From the sequence record NC_019768.1: a stretch of DNA of 41,468 nucleotides; one strand, given 5' to 3'. The position numbers were made by a program, and so were the translations under genes. The notes beneath the pieces were generated by a model. That model saw only the letters and a program-made list of their open reading frames with translations. It had not been told where the DNA came from and ran no database searches. This stretch comes from Escherichia phage HK106. Positions 1 to 8,384 of this stretch are shown here, piece by piece. Each line of letters opens with the position of its first letter. The stretch's first letter is position 1.

Positions 1-486
1 ATGGCAGATAAACGAATCCGTTCCGACAGTTCGGCGGCAGCGGTTCAGGCCATGAAAAATGCAGCTGTGGACACCATCGATCCGCCGTCCCATGCAGGTT
101 TGGAGAAAAAAGCCGAACCATTCTGGCATGACAATATCAGATCGAAAGCTCTGGACAGCTGGACGCCTGCCGACCTTCTAGCCGCCGTAGAACTTGCTAA
201 TAATCAGCTCTATATCACCGTTTTACGCAAGGATTTACGCAAAGAAGAGCGCATACGCGGGGAGGAGCGAGACGAAGGCCTTATAAAAGACCTCCGCAAG
301 CAAATTGTTGAGCTACAACGAACTATCCTGGCTCAGCGCCGCGACCTCCAGATCCACTCCCACGCAACCAACGGCGAAAGTCGCGACCAGAAGAAACGTA
401 ATCAGAACGATCGTGATGCACGGAATACCAAAAACGAGCATCAGGACCAGGACGATAACCTGATCGCCTTTCCCAAGCACGGATAA
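1..486 (+). CDS. terminase small subunit (P27-family-like)
   Basis: 161-aa ORF with ATG at base 1, charged and coiled-coil rich, immediately upstream of the large terminase; order TerS-TerL-portal-protease-capsid as in HK97-like phages. Confidence 0.7.
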   Translation: MADKRIRSDSSAAAVQAMKNAAVDTIDPPSHAGLEKKAEPFWHDNIRSKALDSWTPADLLAAVELANNQLYITVLRKDLRKEERIRGEERDEGLIKDLRKQIVELQRTILAQRRDLQIHSHATNGESRDQKKRNQNDRDARNTKNEHQDQDDNLIAFPKHG

Positions 487-492
487 AAGACT

Positions 493-2007
493 ATGACGCG
501 AGGTGAGCGTGTAATAGCGTTCATTGAGCGCTTTTGCATCGTGCCAGAAGGCAAGCTTATCGGCCAACCTATGCGGTTGGACCCCTTTCAGAAAGATTTC
601 ATCCTGGCGGTTTACGACAATCCAGCCGGAACGGATATGGCGATCCTCTCCATCGCCCGAAAAAATGGTAAGACTGGCCTGATTGCCGGAATTCTGCTGG
701 CTCACCTGGTGGGGCCTGAAGCGGTGCAGAACACGCAGATTGTCAGCGGTGCACTCAGCCGGGAACAGGCGGCCATCGTTTTTAACCTCGCGGTGAAGAT
801 GGTTAACCTGAACCCCAAGCTGCAGGAGATTGTGCACATTACGCCCAGCGGCAAAAAGCTGATCGGCCTGCCGTGTAACGTCGAATACAAGGCTTTATCC
901 GCAGAAGGTAAGACGACGCACGGCCTTTCCCCCATTCTGGCCATTCTCGATGAAACAGGGCAGGTTAGGGGCCCGCAGGATGATTTTATCGATGCAATAA
1001 CTACGGCGCAGGGGGCTCATGAAAACCCGCTGCTAATCGTTATCAGTACGCAGGCAGCAAACGATGCTGACCTGCTTAGCATCTGGATTGATGATGCGGT
1101 CAAATCGAAAGATCCGCACATCGTGTGCCACGTTTATGAAGCGCCAAAAGACGCTGATATCAGTAAACGCGAGTCCTGGCTGGCTGCGAACCCGGCACTG
1201 GGAACATTCAGGTCAGAAAAAGACATGGCGCGCCAGGCTGAGAAAGCTGGCCGAATGCCAAGCTTCGAAAACACCTTCCGAAACCTCAACCTCAATCAGC
1301 GCGTGTCTACCGTATCGCCGTTTATCTCCCGCAGCGTGTGGGAGCTTTGCGGAGAGATGCCGATTAACACCCCGAGGAAGTGGTACGCGGGGCTGGATCT
1401 GTCAGCCAGGAACGACTTAACGGCGCTGGTTATCGCTGGTGAAGCAGATGATGGTGTCTGGGATGTTTTCCCCTTCTTCTGGACACCGCAAAAGACTCTT
1501 GAAGAGCGAACCAAAACGGACCGAGCACCCTATGACGTTTGGGTGAGGGAGGGGCTGCTGCGCACCACGCCAGGAGCTTCGGTGGATTACTCATTCGTCG
1601 TTGCGGATATCGCTGAAATTATCGGTGATTTCGACCTTACCTCGATGGCTTTTGACCGCTGGCGCATTGACCAGTTCAGGAAGGATGCCGATGCCATTGG
1701 GCTGAGCCTCCCGCTGGTCGAGTTCGGCCAGGGCTTTAAGGATATGGGGCCAGCTGTAGACACGCTGGAGTCTCTGATGCTTAACGGGCGCGTGAGGCAT
1801 GGCATGCACCCCGTATTAACGATGTGTGCTGTGAATGCGGTGGTGGTGAAAGATGCTGCTGGCAACCGCAAGCTCGATAAATCCAAAGCAACGGGCCGTA
1901 TTGATGGCATGGTCGCAATGACAATGTCCGTTGGTGCTGCTAATGGGGAAGTTACCGAACAGGGTGGTGACTTCGACGACTTCATTTTCCGACCGCTGAG
2001 CATGTGA
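493..2007 (+). CDS. terminase large subunit
   Basis: 504-aa ORF; ATPase-like segment (ILAILDETGQ) followed by a nuclease-like C-terminal half; position between TerS and portal. Confidence 0.85.
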   Translation: MTRGERVIAFIERFCIVPEGKLIGQPMRLDPFQKDFILAVYDNPAGTDMAILSIARKNGKTGLIAGILLAHLVGPEAVQNTQIVSGALSREQAAIVFNLAVKMVNLNPKLQEIVHITPSGKKLIGLPCNVEYKALSAEGKTTHGLSPILAILDETGQVRGPQDDFIDAITTAQGAHENPLLIVISTQAANDADLLSIWIDDAVKSKDPHIVCHVYEAPKDADISKRESWLAANPALGTFRSEKDMARQAEKAGRMPSFENTFRNLNLNQRVSTVSPFISRSVWELCGEMPINTPRKWYAGLDLSARNDLTALVIAGEADDGVWDVFPFFWTPQKTLEERTKTDRAPYDVWVREGLLRTTPGASVDYSFVVADIAEIIGDFDLTSMAFDRWRIDQFRKDADAIGLSLPLVEFGQGFKDMGPAVDTLESLMLNGRVRHGMHPVLTMCAVNAVVVKDAAGNRKLDKSKATGRIDGMVAMTMSVGAANGEVTEQGGDFDDFIFRPLSM

Positions 2008-3281
2008 TGGAAGAACCTAAATACACGATTGACCTGCGAACCAATAACGGCTGGTGGGCAAGGCTGCAGTCCTGGTTTGTCGGCGGGCGTTTAGTCACCC
2101 CAAATCAGGGCTCACAGACGGGGCCTGTTTCGGCCCACGGACACCTGGGCGATTCATCCATTAACGATGAACGGATACTGCAAATTTCGACTGTGTGGCG
2201 CTGCGTGAGCCTGATTTCAACGCTCACGGCATGCTTACCGCTTGATGTCTTCGAAACAGACCAGAATGACAACCGTAAAAAAGTGGATTTGAGCAATCCA
2301 CTGGCGCGACTGCTGCGCTACTCACCGAATCAGTACATGACCGCCCAAGAATTCAGGGAGGCCATGACGATGCAGCTCTGTTTCTACGGTAACGCATATG
2401 CACTTGTGGACCGCAACAGCGCAGGTGACGTGATCAGCCTTCTCCCGCTTCAGTCTGCCAATATGGATGTGAAGCTCGTCGGAAAAAAAGTGGTTTATCG
2501 CTATCAACGCGACAGCGAATACGCCGACTTTTCGCAGAAAGAGATTTTTCACCTTAAAGGCTTCGGATTCACCGGGCTTGTAGGCCTGTCACCCATTGCT
2601 TTTGCCTGTAAATCGGCAGGTGTGGCAGTTGCGATGGAGGACCAGCAGCGAGATTTCTTTGCCAACGGCGCCAAGTCTCCGCAAATCCTCTCAACTGGCG
2701 AAAAAGTGCTAACTGAACAGCAGCGCTCCCAGGTCGAAGAGAACTTCAAAGAGATCGCCGGCGGCCCGGTAAAAAAACGCCTCTGGATTCTGGAAGCGGG
2801 TTTTTCTACATCGGCAATTGGCGTAACTCCGCAGGATGCCGAAATGATGGCGTCCCGAAAATTTCAGGTAAGTGAACTGGCGCGATTCTTTGGCGTACCG
2901 CCTCACCTTGTCGGCGACGTCGAGAAATCAACGAGCTGGGGATCGGGCATCGAGCAGCAGAATCTCGGCTTCCTGCAGTACACCCTGCAGCCCTATATCT
3001 CCAGGTGGGAAAACAGCATTCAGCGGTGGCTTATTCCTGCTAAGGATGTTGGCCGCATTCATGCTGAGCACAACCTCGACGGCCTGCTGAGGGGCGATTC
3101 GGCATCCCGCGCTGCCTTTATGAAGGCAATGGGAGAGGCAGGGCTACGCACCATCAACGAGATGCGACGAACGGACAACCTCCCGCCATTGCCGGGTGGC
3201 GATGTGGCAATGCGCCAGTCGCAATACGTGCCGATCACCGATTTAGGAACCAACAAAGAGCCCCGTAATAACGGGGCTTAA
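2007..3281 (+). CDS. portal protein (HK97 family)
   Basis: about 424 aa; ATG at 2007 overlaps the terminase stop (TGATG); track start 2004 is GTG; size and position typical of HK97-type portal. Confidence 0.85.
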   Translation: MEEPKYTIDLRTNNGWWARLQSWFVGGRLVTPNQGSQTGPVSAHGHLGDSSINDERILQISTVWRCVSLISTLTACLPLDVFETDQNDNRKKVDLSNPLARLLRYSPNQYMTAQEFREAMTMQLCFYGNAYALVDRNSAGDVISLLPLQSANMDVKLVGKKVVYRYQRDSEYADFSQKEIFHLKGFGFTGLVGLSPIAFACKSAGVAVAMEDQQRDFFANGAKSPQILSTGEKVLTEQQRSQVEENFKEIAGGPVKKRLWILEAGFSTSAIGVTPQDAEMMASRKFQVSELARFFGVPPHLVGDVEKSTSWGSGIEQQNLGFLQYTLQPYISRWENSIQRWLIPAKDVGRIHAEHNLDGLLRGDSASRAAFMKAMGEAGLRTINEMRRTDNLPPLPGGDVAMRQSQYVPITDLGTNKEPRNNGA

Positions 3282-3286
3282 TTTTT

Positions 3287-3976
3287 ATGGGGGCCGTAAT
3301 GCCTGAAATCGTAAAAACGCTGTCCTTCGACGAGACAGAAATCAAATTCACCGGTGACGGTAAACAGGGGATTTTTGAAGGCTACGCCTCTGTTTTTAAT
3401 AACACCGATTCCGCTGGCGACATCATTCTGCCCGGGGCGTTTAAAAACGCGCTGGCGAACCAGACCCGAAAAGTGGCGATGTTTTTTAACCACAGGACGT
3501 GGGAACTGCCGGTTGGCAAATGGGACAGCCTGGCTGAAGACGAAAAAGGCCTGTATGTGCGCGGTCAACTTACCCCAGGACACAGCGGCGCCGCTGACCT
3601 GAAAGCGGCAATGCAGCACGGTACGGTTGAAGGTATGTCGGTTGGCTTTTCCGTTTCGAAAGACGATTACACCATCATTCCAACAGGCCGCATTTTTAAG
3701 AATATCCAGGCTCTGCGAGAAATCAGCGTCTGCACTTTCCCCGCCAACGAACAGGCTGGCATCGCAGCCATGAAAAGTGTCGATGGCATTGAAACGATTC
3801 GTGATGTGGAGAACTGGCTGAGGGATTCAGTCGGCCTCACCAAATCACAGGCAGTTGGGCTAATTGCCCGGTTTAAGTCAGCGATTCGGAGCGAGTCCGA
3901 GGGCGACGGAAACGAAGCACAAATAAACGCTCTGCTTCAGAGCATCAAATCTTTCCCTTCTAACTTAGGTAAATAA
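3287..3976 (+). CDS. prohead maturation protease (HK97 gp4-like)
   Basis: 229-aa ORF between portal and major capsid protein; alternative in-frame ATG at 3299. Confidence 0.8.
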   Translation: MGAVMPEIVKTLSFDETEIKFTGDGKQGIFEGYASVFNNTDSAGDIILPGAFKNALANQTRKVAMFFNHRTWELPVGKWDSLAEDEKGLYVRGQLTPGHSGAADLKAAMQHGTVEGMSVGFSVSKDDYTIIPTGRIFKNIQALREISVCTFPANEQAGIAAMKSVDGIETIRDVENWLRDSVGLTKSQAVGLIARFKSAIRSESEGDGNEAQINALLQSIKSFPSNLGK

Positions 3977-3978
3977 TT

Positions 3979-5133
3979 ATGTCTGAACTCGCTCTCATTC
4001 AAAAAGCTATCGAAGAATCCCAGCAGAAAATGACCCAGCTTTTCGATGCGCAGAAAGCAGAAATCGAAAGCACAGGCCAGGTTTCCAAACAGTTGCAGTC
4101 CGACCTGATGAAAGTACAGGAAGAGCTGACCAAATCCGGCACTCGCCTCTTCGATCTGGAACAGAAACTGGCATCCGGCGCTGAGAATCCTGGTGAGAAG
4201 AAATCCTTCTCTGAACGGGCTGCTGAAGAGCTTATTAAGTCATGGGACGGTAAACAGGGCACCTTTGGCGCTAAAACGTTTAACAAGTCACTAGGCAGTG
4301 ACGCTGGTTCGGCTGGCTCACTGATCCAGCCTATGCAGATCCCAGGCATCATCATGCCAGGCCTGCGCCGTCTTACCATTCGTGATCTGCTGGCTCAGGG
4401 CCGCACTTCCAGTAACGCTCTGGAATATGTGCGTGAAGAGGTGTTTACCAATAACGCCGACGTGGTGGCAGAGAAAGCACTGAAGCCAGAATCGGATATC
4501 ACCTTCAGCAAACAAACCGCGAACGTGAAGACCATCGCGCACTGGGTGCAGGCATCACGTCAGGTGATGGATGATGCGCCAATGCTTCAGTCCTACATTA
4601 ACAACCGCCTCATGTACGGCCTGGCACTGAAGGAAGAGGGCCAGCTGCTGAACGGCGACGGTACCGGAGATAACCTGGAAGGGCTGAACAAAGTGGCAAC
4701 CGCCTATGACACCTCGCTGAATGCCACCGGCGACACCCGCGCTGACATTATCGCTCACGCTATTTATCAGGTGACCGAGTCTGAGTTCAGCGCTTCCGGT
4801 ATCGTCCTGAACCCGCGCGACTGGCACAACATCGCGTTGCTGAAAGACAATGAAGGCCGCTATATCTTCGGTGGTCCTCAGGCATTCACCAGTAACATCA
4901 TGTGGGGCTTGCCAGTGGTTCCGACTAAGGCGCAGGCCGCCGGCACCTTTACCGTAGGCGGTTTCGATATGGCCTCACAGGTCTGGGATCGCATGGATGC
5001 CACCGTGGAAGTTAGCCGTGAAGACCGCGATAACTTCGTGAAAAACATGCTGACCATCCTGTGCGAAGAGCGTCTGGCGCTGGCGCATTATCGCCCGACA
5101 GCAATCATCAAGGGCACCTTCTCTGCTGACTAA
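3979..5133 (+). CDS. major capsid protein, HK97 fold (gp5-like)
   Basis: 384-aa protein whose N-terminus (MSELALIQKAIEESQQKMTQLF...) and overall sequence match HK97 gp5 as I recall it; follows the protease. Confidence 0.9.
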   Translation: MSELALIQKAIEESQQKMTQLFDAQKAEIESTGQVSKQLQSDLMKVQEELTKSGTRLFDLEQKLASGAENPGEKKSFSERAAEELIKSWDGKQGTFGAKTFNKSLGSDAGSAGSLIQPMQIPGIIMPGLRRLTIRDLLAQGRTSSNALEYVREEVFTNNADVVAEKALKPESDITFSKQTANVKTIAHWVQASRQVMDDAPMLQSYINNRLMYGLALKEEGQLLNGDGTGDNLEGLNKVATAYDTSLNATGDTRADIIAHAIYQVTESEFSASGIVLNPRDWHNIALLKDNEGRYIFGGPQAFTSNIMWGLPVVPTKAQAAGTFTVGGFDMASQVWDRMDATVEVSREDRDNFVKNMLTILCEERLALAHYRPTAIIKGTFSAD

Positions 5134-5142
5134 TGATGGAGG

Positions 5143-5166
5143 GGGCGGGGAAACCCGCCCTTTTAA
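5143..5166 (+). terminator. intrinsic terminator-like hairpin after the capsid gene
   Basis: GGGGCGGG-gaaa-CCCGCCC followed by TTTTAA directly after the capsid stop codon. Confidence 0.5.
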
Positions 5167-5169
5167 CGT

Positions 5170-5496
5170 ATGGCGATAGATGTTCTGGATGTAATTCCCC
5201 TCAGTCTGTTTAAGCAGCAGATTGAGTTTGAGGAAGACGACAGGGACGAGCTGATCACGCTGTACGCCCAGGCCGCTTTTGACTACTGCATGCGCTGGTG
5301 CGATGAACCAGCATGGAAGGTTGCGGCTGATATTCCTGCCGCCGTTAAGGGCGCCGTTCTGCTTGTCTTTGCTGACATGTTTGAACACCGGACGGCACAA
5401 AGTGAAGTGCAGCTTTATGAGAATGCAGCCGCCGAACGCATGATGTTCATTCATCGCAACTGGCGCGGTAAAGCCGAATCAGAGGAGGGCTCCTGA
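5170..5496 (+). CDS. head-tail connector / DNA packaging protein (gp6-like)
   Basis: 108-aa ORF immediately after the capsid gene, typical position and size. Confidence 0.6.
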   Translation: MAIDVLDVIPLSLFKQQIEFEEDDRDELITLYAQAAFDYCMRWCDEPAWKVAADIPAAVKGAVLLVFADMFEHRTAQSEVQLYENAAAERMMFIHRNWRGKAESEEGS

Positions 5497-5834
5497 TGGA
5501 ACCGGGACGATTCAGGCACCGGGTAAAAATTCTCACCTTCACAACCTCGCGTGATCCATCTGGCCAGCCGGTTGAATCGTGGAGGGGTGGCAGGCCGATT
5601 TCTGCCGAGGTGAAGGGGATCAGCGGCAGAGAGCAGATGTCAGGCGGCGTGGAGACGGCGCAGGCAACTATTCGCGTCTGGATGCGCTTCAGGGCTGACC
5701 TGAACGCCTCTTCTCGTCTGGAAGTGCTAAGCGGGCCGTATAAAGGCCAGGTGCTAAATATCATCGGTCCTCCGGTAGCAAATTCGACCGGCACTCGCCT
5801 GGAAATTCTTTGCAAAACGGGAGCTGAAAAATGA
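5496..5834 (+). CDS. head closure / head-tail adaptor protein
   Basis: 112-aa ORF, ATG overlaps upstream stop (TGATG); position in head-tail joining block. Confidence 0.6.
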   Translation: MEPGRFRHRVKILTFTTSRDPSGQPVESWRGGRPISAEVKGISGREQMSGGVETAQATIRVWMRFRADLNASSRLEVLSGPYKGQVLNIIGPPVANSTGTRLEILCKTGAEK

Positions 5835-6280
5835 TAGAAACGAGCCTCGATTTTTCCGGCCTGAATGACATAGCAAAGGATCTGGAGGCGCTTAGCCGCG
5901 CTGAAAACAATAAGGTTCTTCGTGATGCCACGCGCGCCGGCGCGGAAGTGCTTAAGGAAGAAGTGATCGCACGTGCACCGGTACGCACCGGAAAACTGAA
6001 AAAAAACGTGGTGGTGGTTACCCAAAAAAGCCGCCGCCGCGGGGAGATTTCTTCCGGCGTCCATATTCGTGGCGTTAACCCGCGCACCGGCAACAGCGAT
6101 AACACGATGAAGGCGAATAACCCGAGAAACGCCTTTTACTGGCGATTCGTTGAGCTGGGCACCGCGAACATGCCTGCACATCCGTTTGTGCGACCCGCTT
6201 ACGATACGCGCGAGGAAGAGGCCGCCAGCGTCGCCATTGCCAGGATGAATCATGCTATTGATGAGGTATTGAGCAAGTGA
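5831..6280 (+). CDS. HK97 gp10-like tail component
   Basis: 149-aa ORF, ATGA start/stop overlap with upstream gene; position. Confidence 0.55.
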   Translation: MIETSLDFSGLNDIAKDLEALSRAENNKVLRDATRAGAEVLKEEVIARAPVRTGKLKKNVVVVTQKSRRRGEISSGVHIRGVNPRTGNSDNTMKANNPRNAFYWRFVELGTANMPAHPFVRPAYDTREEEAASVAIARMNHAIDEVLSK

Positions 6281-6624
6281 ATGAAGATAATATCTACGCC
6301 TTGCTTTCTCCCCTGGCAGAGGGGCGGGTATACCCCTATGTTGCGCCATTAGGTAGTGACGGGAAACCGTCTGTCTCTCCACCCTGGATTATCTTTTCCA
6401 TCGTCGATGATGTTTCCGCTGACGTACTGTGTGGCCAGGCAGAGAGCAGGGTTTCCGTTCAGGTCGATGTGTATGCCACAACGATCACTGAATCACGATC
6501 CCTGAGAGATTTGGCGCTCGCTTCGCTTAAGCAGTTAAACCCTACAGAGGTGGTAAAAATCCCCGGGTACGAGCCAGATTATCGGCTCTACCGTGCCACC
6601 CTGGATTTTAAAGTTACCCCCTGA
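6277..6624 (+). CDS. tail completion / tail terminator-like protein
   Basis: 115-aa ORF with GTG start overlapping upstream stop; last gene before the major tail protein. Confidence 0.5.
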   Translation: MNEDNIYALLSPLAEGRVYPYVAPLGSDGKPSVSPPWIIFSIVDDVSADVLCGQAESRVSVQVDVYATTITESRSLRDLALASLKQLNPTEVVKIPGYEPDYRLYRATLDFKVTP

Positions 6625-6635
6625 CGATTAATTCA

Positions 6636-6670
6636 CCCAACGAACCCGCCTGATGGCGGGTTTTCTTTTT
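6636..6670 (+). terminator. terminator-like hairpin upstream of major tail gene
   Basis: AACCCGCC-tgat-GGCGGGTT followed by TTCTTTTT. Confidence 0.4.
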
Positions 6671-6683
6671 CCAGGAGACAGCT

Positions 6684-7388
6684 ATGTCTGCACTTTATGA
6701 AAAATCGCAGCTGACGAAGATCCTTATTTCCTCCCTGCCAGCCACCAAAGAAACGATGGATTCCGCCACCTTTCTCGATCTGAGTTGCACCATCAAAGAA
6801 ATTCAGTTCACTGGTGGCCAGAAGCAGGATATCGACGTAACAACACTTTGCTCTACCGAGCAGGAGAACATCAACGGCCTGCCTTCTCCGTCAGAAATCT
6901 CTCTGTCCGGCAACTTCTACAATAATCCAGCGCAGGACGCCTTGCGTGATGCGTATGACAACGACACCACTTACGGCTTCCAGATCATCTTCCCGTCAGG
7001 TAATGGTTTTAAGTTCCTGGCCGAAGTTCGCCAGCATACCTGGTCATCTGGTACCAATGGTGTTGTGGCAGCTACATTCTCACTGCGCCTTAAAGGCAAG
7101 CCTGTCCCGATTGACTCTGTACTTAAACTGACCACTGATCTTCCTTCCTCACTGTCTGTAGCGGTGGGGGCTGCGATCAGCATGGCTGTAGTAGCTGCCG
7201 GTGGTAAGCCTCCGTATGCCTACACCTGGAAGAAGGCAGGTAGCACCGTCAGCGGGCAGACATCCGATACCTTTAATAAAGCCACCGCAGTTTCAGGTGA
7301 TGCAGGTGATTACACCTGTGTGGTTACGGATTCTTCTTCTCCGGTCAAAACGGTTACCTCAGCTGCCTGCACCCTTACTATCAGTTAA
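6684..7388 (+). CDS. major tail protein with C-terminal Ig-like domain
   Basis: 234-aa ORF with SD CAGGAG; C-terminal about 80 aa resemble a bacterial Ig-like domain (…GDAGDYTCVVTDSSSPVKTVTSAACTLTIS); precedes the G/GT chaperone pair. Confidence 0.75.
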   Translation: MSALYEKSQLTKILISSLPATKETMDSATFLDLSCTIKEIQFTGGQKQDIDVTTLCSTEQENINGLPSPSEISLSGNFYNNPAQDALRDAYDNDTTYGFQIIFPSGNGFKFLAEVRQHTWSSGTNGVVAATFSLRLKGKPVPIDSVLKLTTDLPSSLSVAVGAAISMAVVAAGGKPPYAYTWKKAGSTVSGQTSDTFNKATAVSGDAGDYTCVVTDSSSPVKTVTSAACTLTIS

Positions 7389-7422
7389 TGGAGATGCCGG
7401 GTTGTCCCGGCATGGATAAGCG

Positions 7423-7809
7423 ATGTCGCAAACTTTAAAACAATTAGCCATGGCGAAAATGGCTGGCTTTCGCCATAAGACGGTCGTTGTCCCTGAGTGG
7501 GAAGGTGTCAAAGTGGTTCTCCGTGAGCCGTCAGGTGAAGCCTGGCTGCGCTGGCAGGAGGTGGTGAAAGGGGGGGCCGACGATGAAAATGTGTCGGTAT
7601 CGGAAAAGGCGCACCGTAATCTTTGCGCTGACGTGGTGCTCTTCATTGACGTTCTGTGTGACACCGATAAGCAACCGGTATTCAGCGTAGACGAAGAAGA
7701 GCAGGTGCGTGAAATTTACGGGCCAGTGCACTCACGTCTGCTCAAACAGGCGCTTGACCTGATCAACAATGCGGACGAAGCGCGGGAAAAGTCTCAACCC
7801 CCGGCGTAA
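7423..7809 (+). CDS. tail assembly chaperone G
   Basis: 128-aa ORF between major tail and tape measure genes; overlapped at its 3' end by a -1 frame ORF. Confidence 0.7.
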   Translation: MSQTLKQLAMAKMAGFRHKTVVVPEWEGVKVVLREPSGEAWLRWQEVVKGGADDENVSVSEKAHRNLCADVVLFIDVLCDTDKQPVFSVDEEEQVREIYGPVHSRLLKQALDLINNADEAREKSQPPA

Positions 7810-8096
7810 AGTTTCTGATGTCGCTTGCGCTCCGGATGGGGCGCACGCTCTCAGAGCTTCGGCAGAATATGACGGCAAGCGAGCTTCTGATGTGGATTGA
7901 GTACGACAGGCAAAGCCCGGTTGGCGATATTCGCGGTGATATCCATGCAGCGCAGATTGTCTCTGCCATCTACGGCTCGCAGGGGGCAAAAGTACCGCTG
8001 GACGATGCGATCCTGCGCTGGGGTGGTGATGAGCAATCAGAACCGAAGGACCCGTTTGCAGGGCTTGAGGCGGCACTTACAGCTGCGACACAATAA
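7423..8096 (+). CDS. tail assembly chaperone GT fusion (predicted programmed -1 frameshift)
   Basis: -1 frame is open from at least 7782 to 8096 and overlaps the end of G; candidate slippery run GGGAAAAG at 7784-7791; downstream product resembles the phage tail assembly protein T family. Confidence 0.5.
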
Positions 8097-8153
8097 TTGC
8101 TTCACATGCCTTCAATGTAGCGATACGCTCTTTCCTTAAGTAAAGGAGGCGTT

Positions 8154-8342
8154 ATGGAACCACTGGTAGTAGTGTTTGGAATATTCGGCTGGCTGATAAA
8201 TCTAATTGTGATTTTTTATTTATTACGGTTTAGCACAAGGGCAAATGAACAAGTTGAAGCCCTTAAAGAGATAAATAAAAAGCAAGATGCGCAAATAGAT
8301 TTATTAATACAAGTCGCTCACCAAAGAAAAGACAGTTTATAA
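8154..8342 (+). CDS. small single-TM moron protein, HK97 gp15 / YebO-like putative superinfection exclusion protein
   Basis: 62 aa, strong SD AAGGAGG, N-terminal hydrophobic helix then charged helix; sits between GT and tape measure where HK97 carries the gp15 moron; followed by its own terminator. Confidence 0.55.
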   Translation: MEPLVVVFGIFGWLINLIVIFYLLRFSTRANEQVEALKEINKKQDAQIDLLIQVAHQRKDSL

Positions 8343-8345
8343 CTC

Positions 8346-8372
8346 ACGACCCGCTATCAAGCGGGTTTTTTT
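8346..8372 (+). terminator. intrinsic terminator
   Basis: CCCGCT-atca-AGCGGG followed by TTTTTTT. Confidence 0.7.
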
Positions 8373-8384
8373 ATGGGTGAAAAT

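Noticed and set aside
313-837. 174-aa minus-strand ORF overlapping the small and large terminase genes
   Set aside because: Antisense to two well supported co-directional genes, with no SD; likely a chance open frame.
3259-3285. GCCCCG-taataa-CGGGGC hairpin followed by a T-rich run at the 3' end of the portal gene
   Set aside because: It lies within the portal coding sequence directly before the protease gene, which must be co-expressed; more likely coincidental than a functional terminator.
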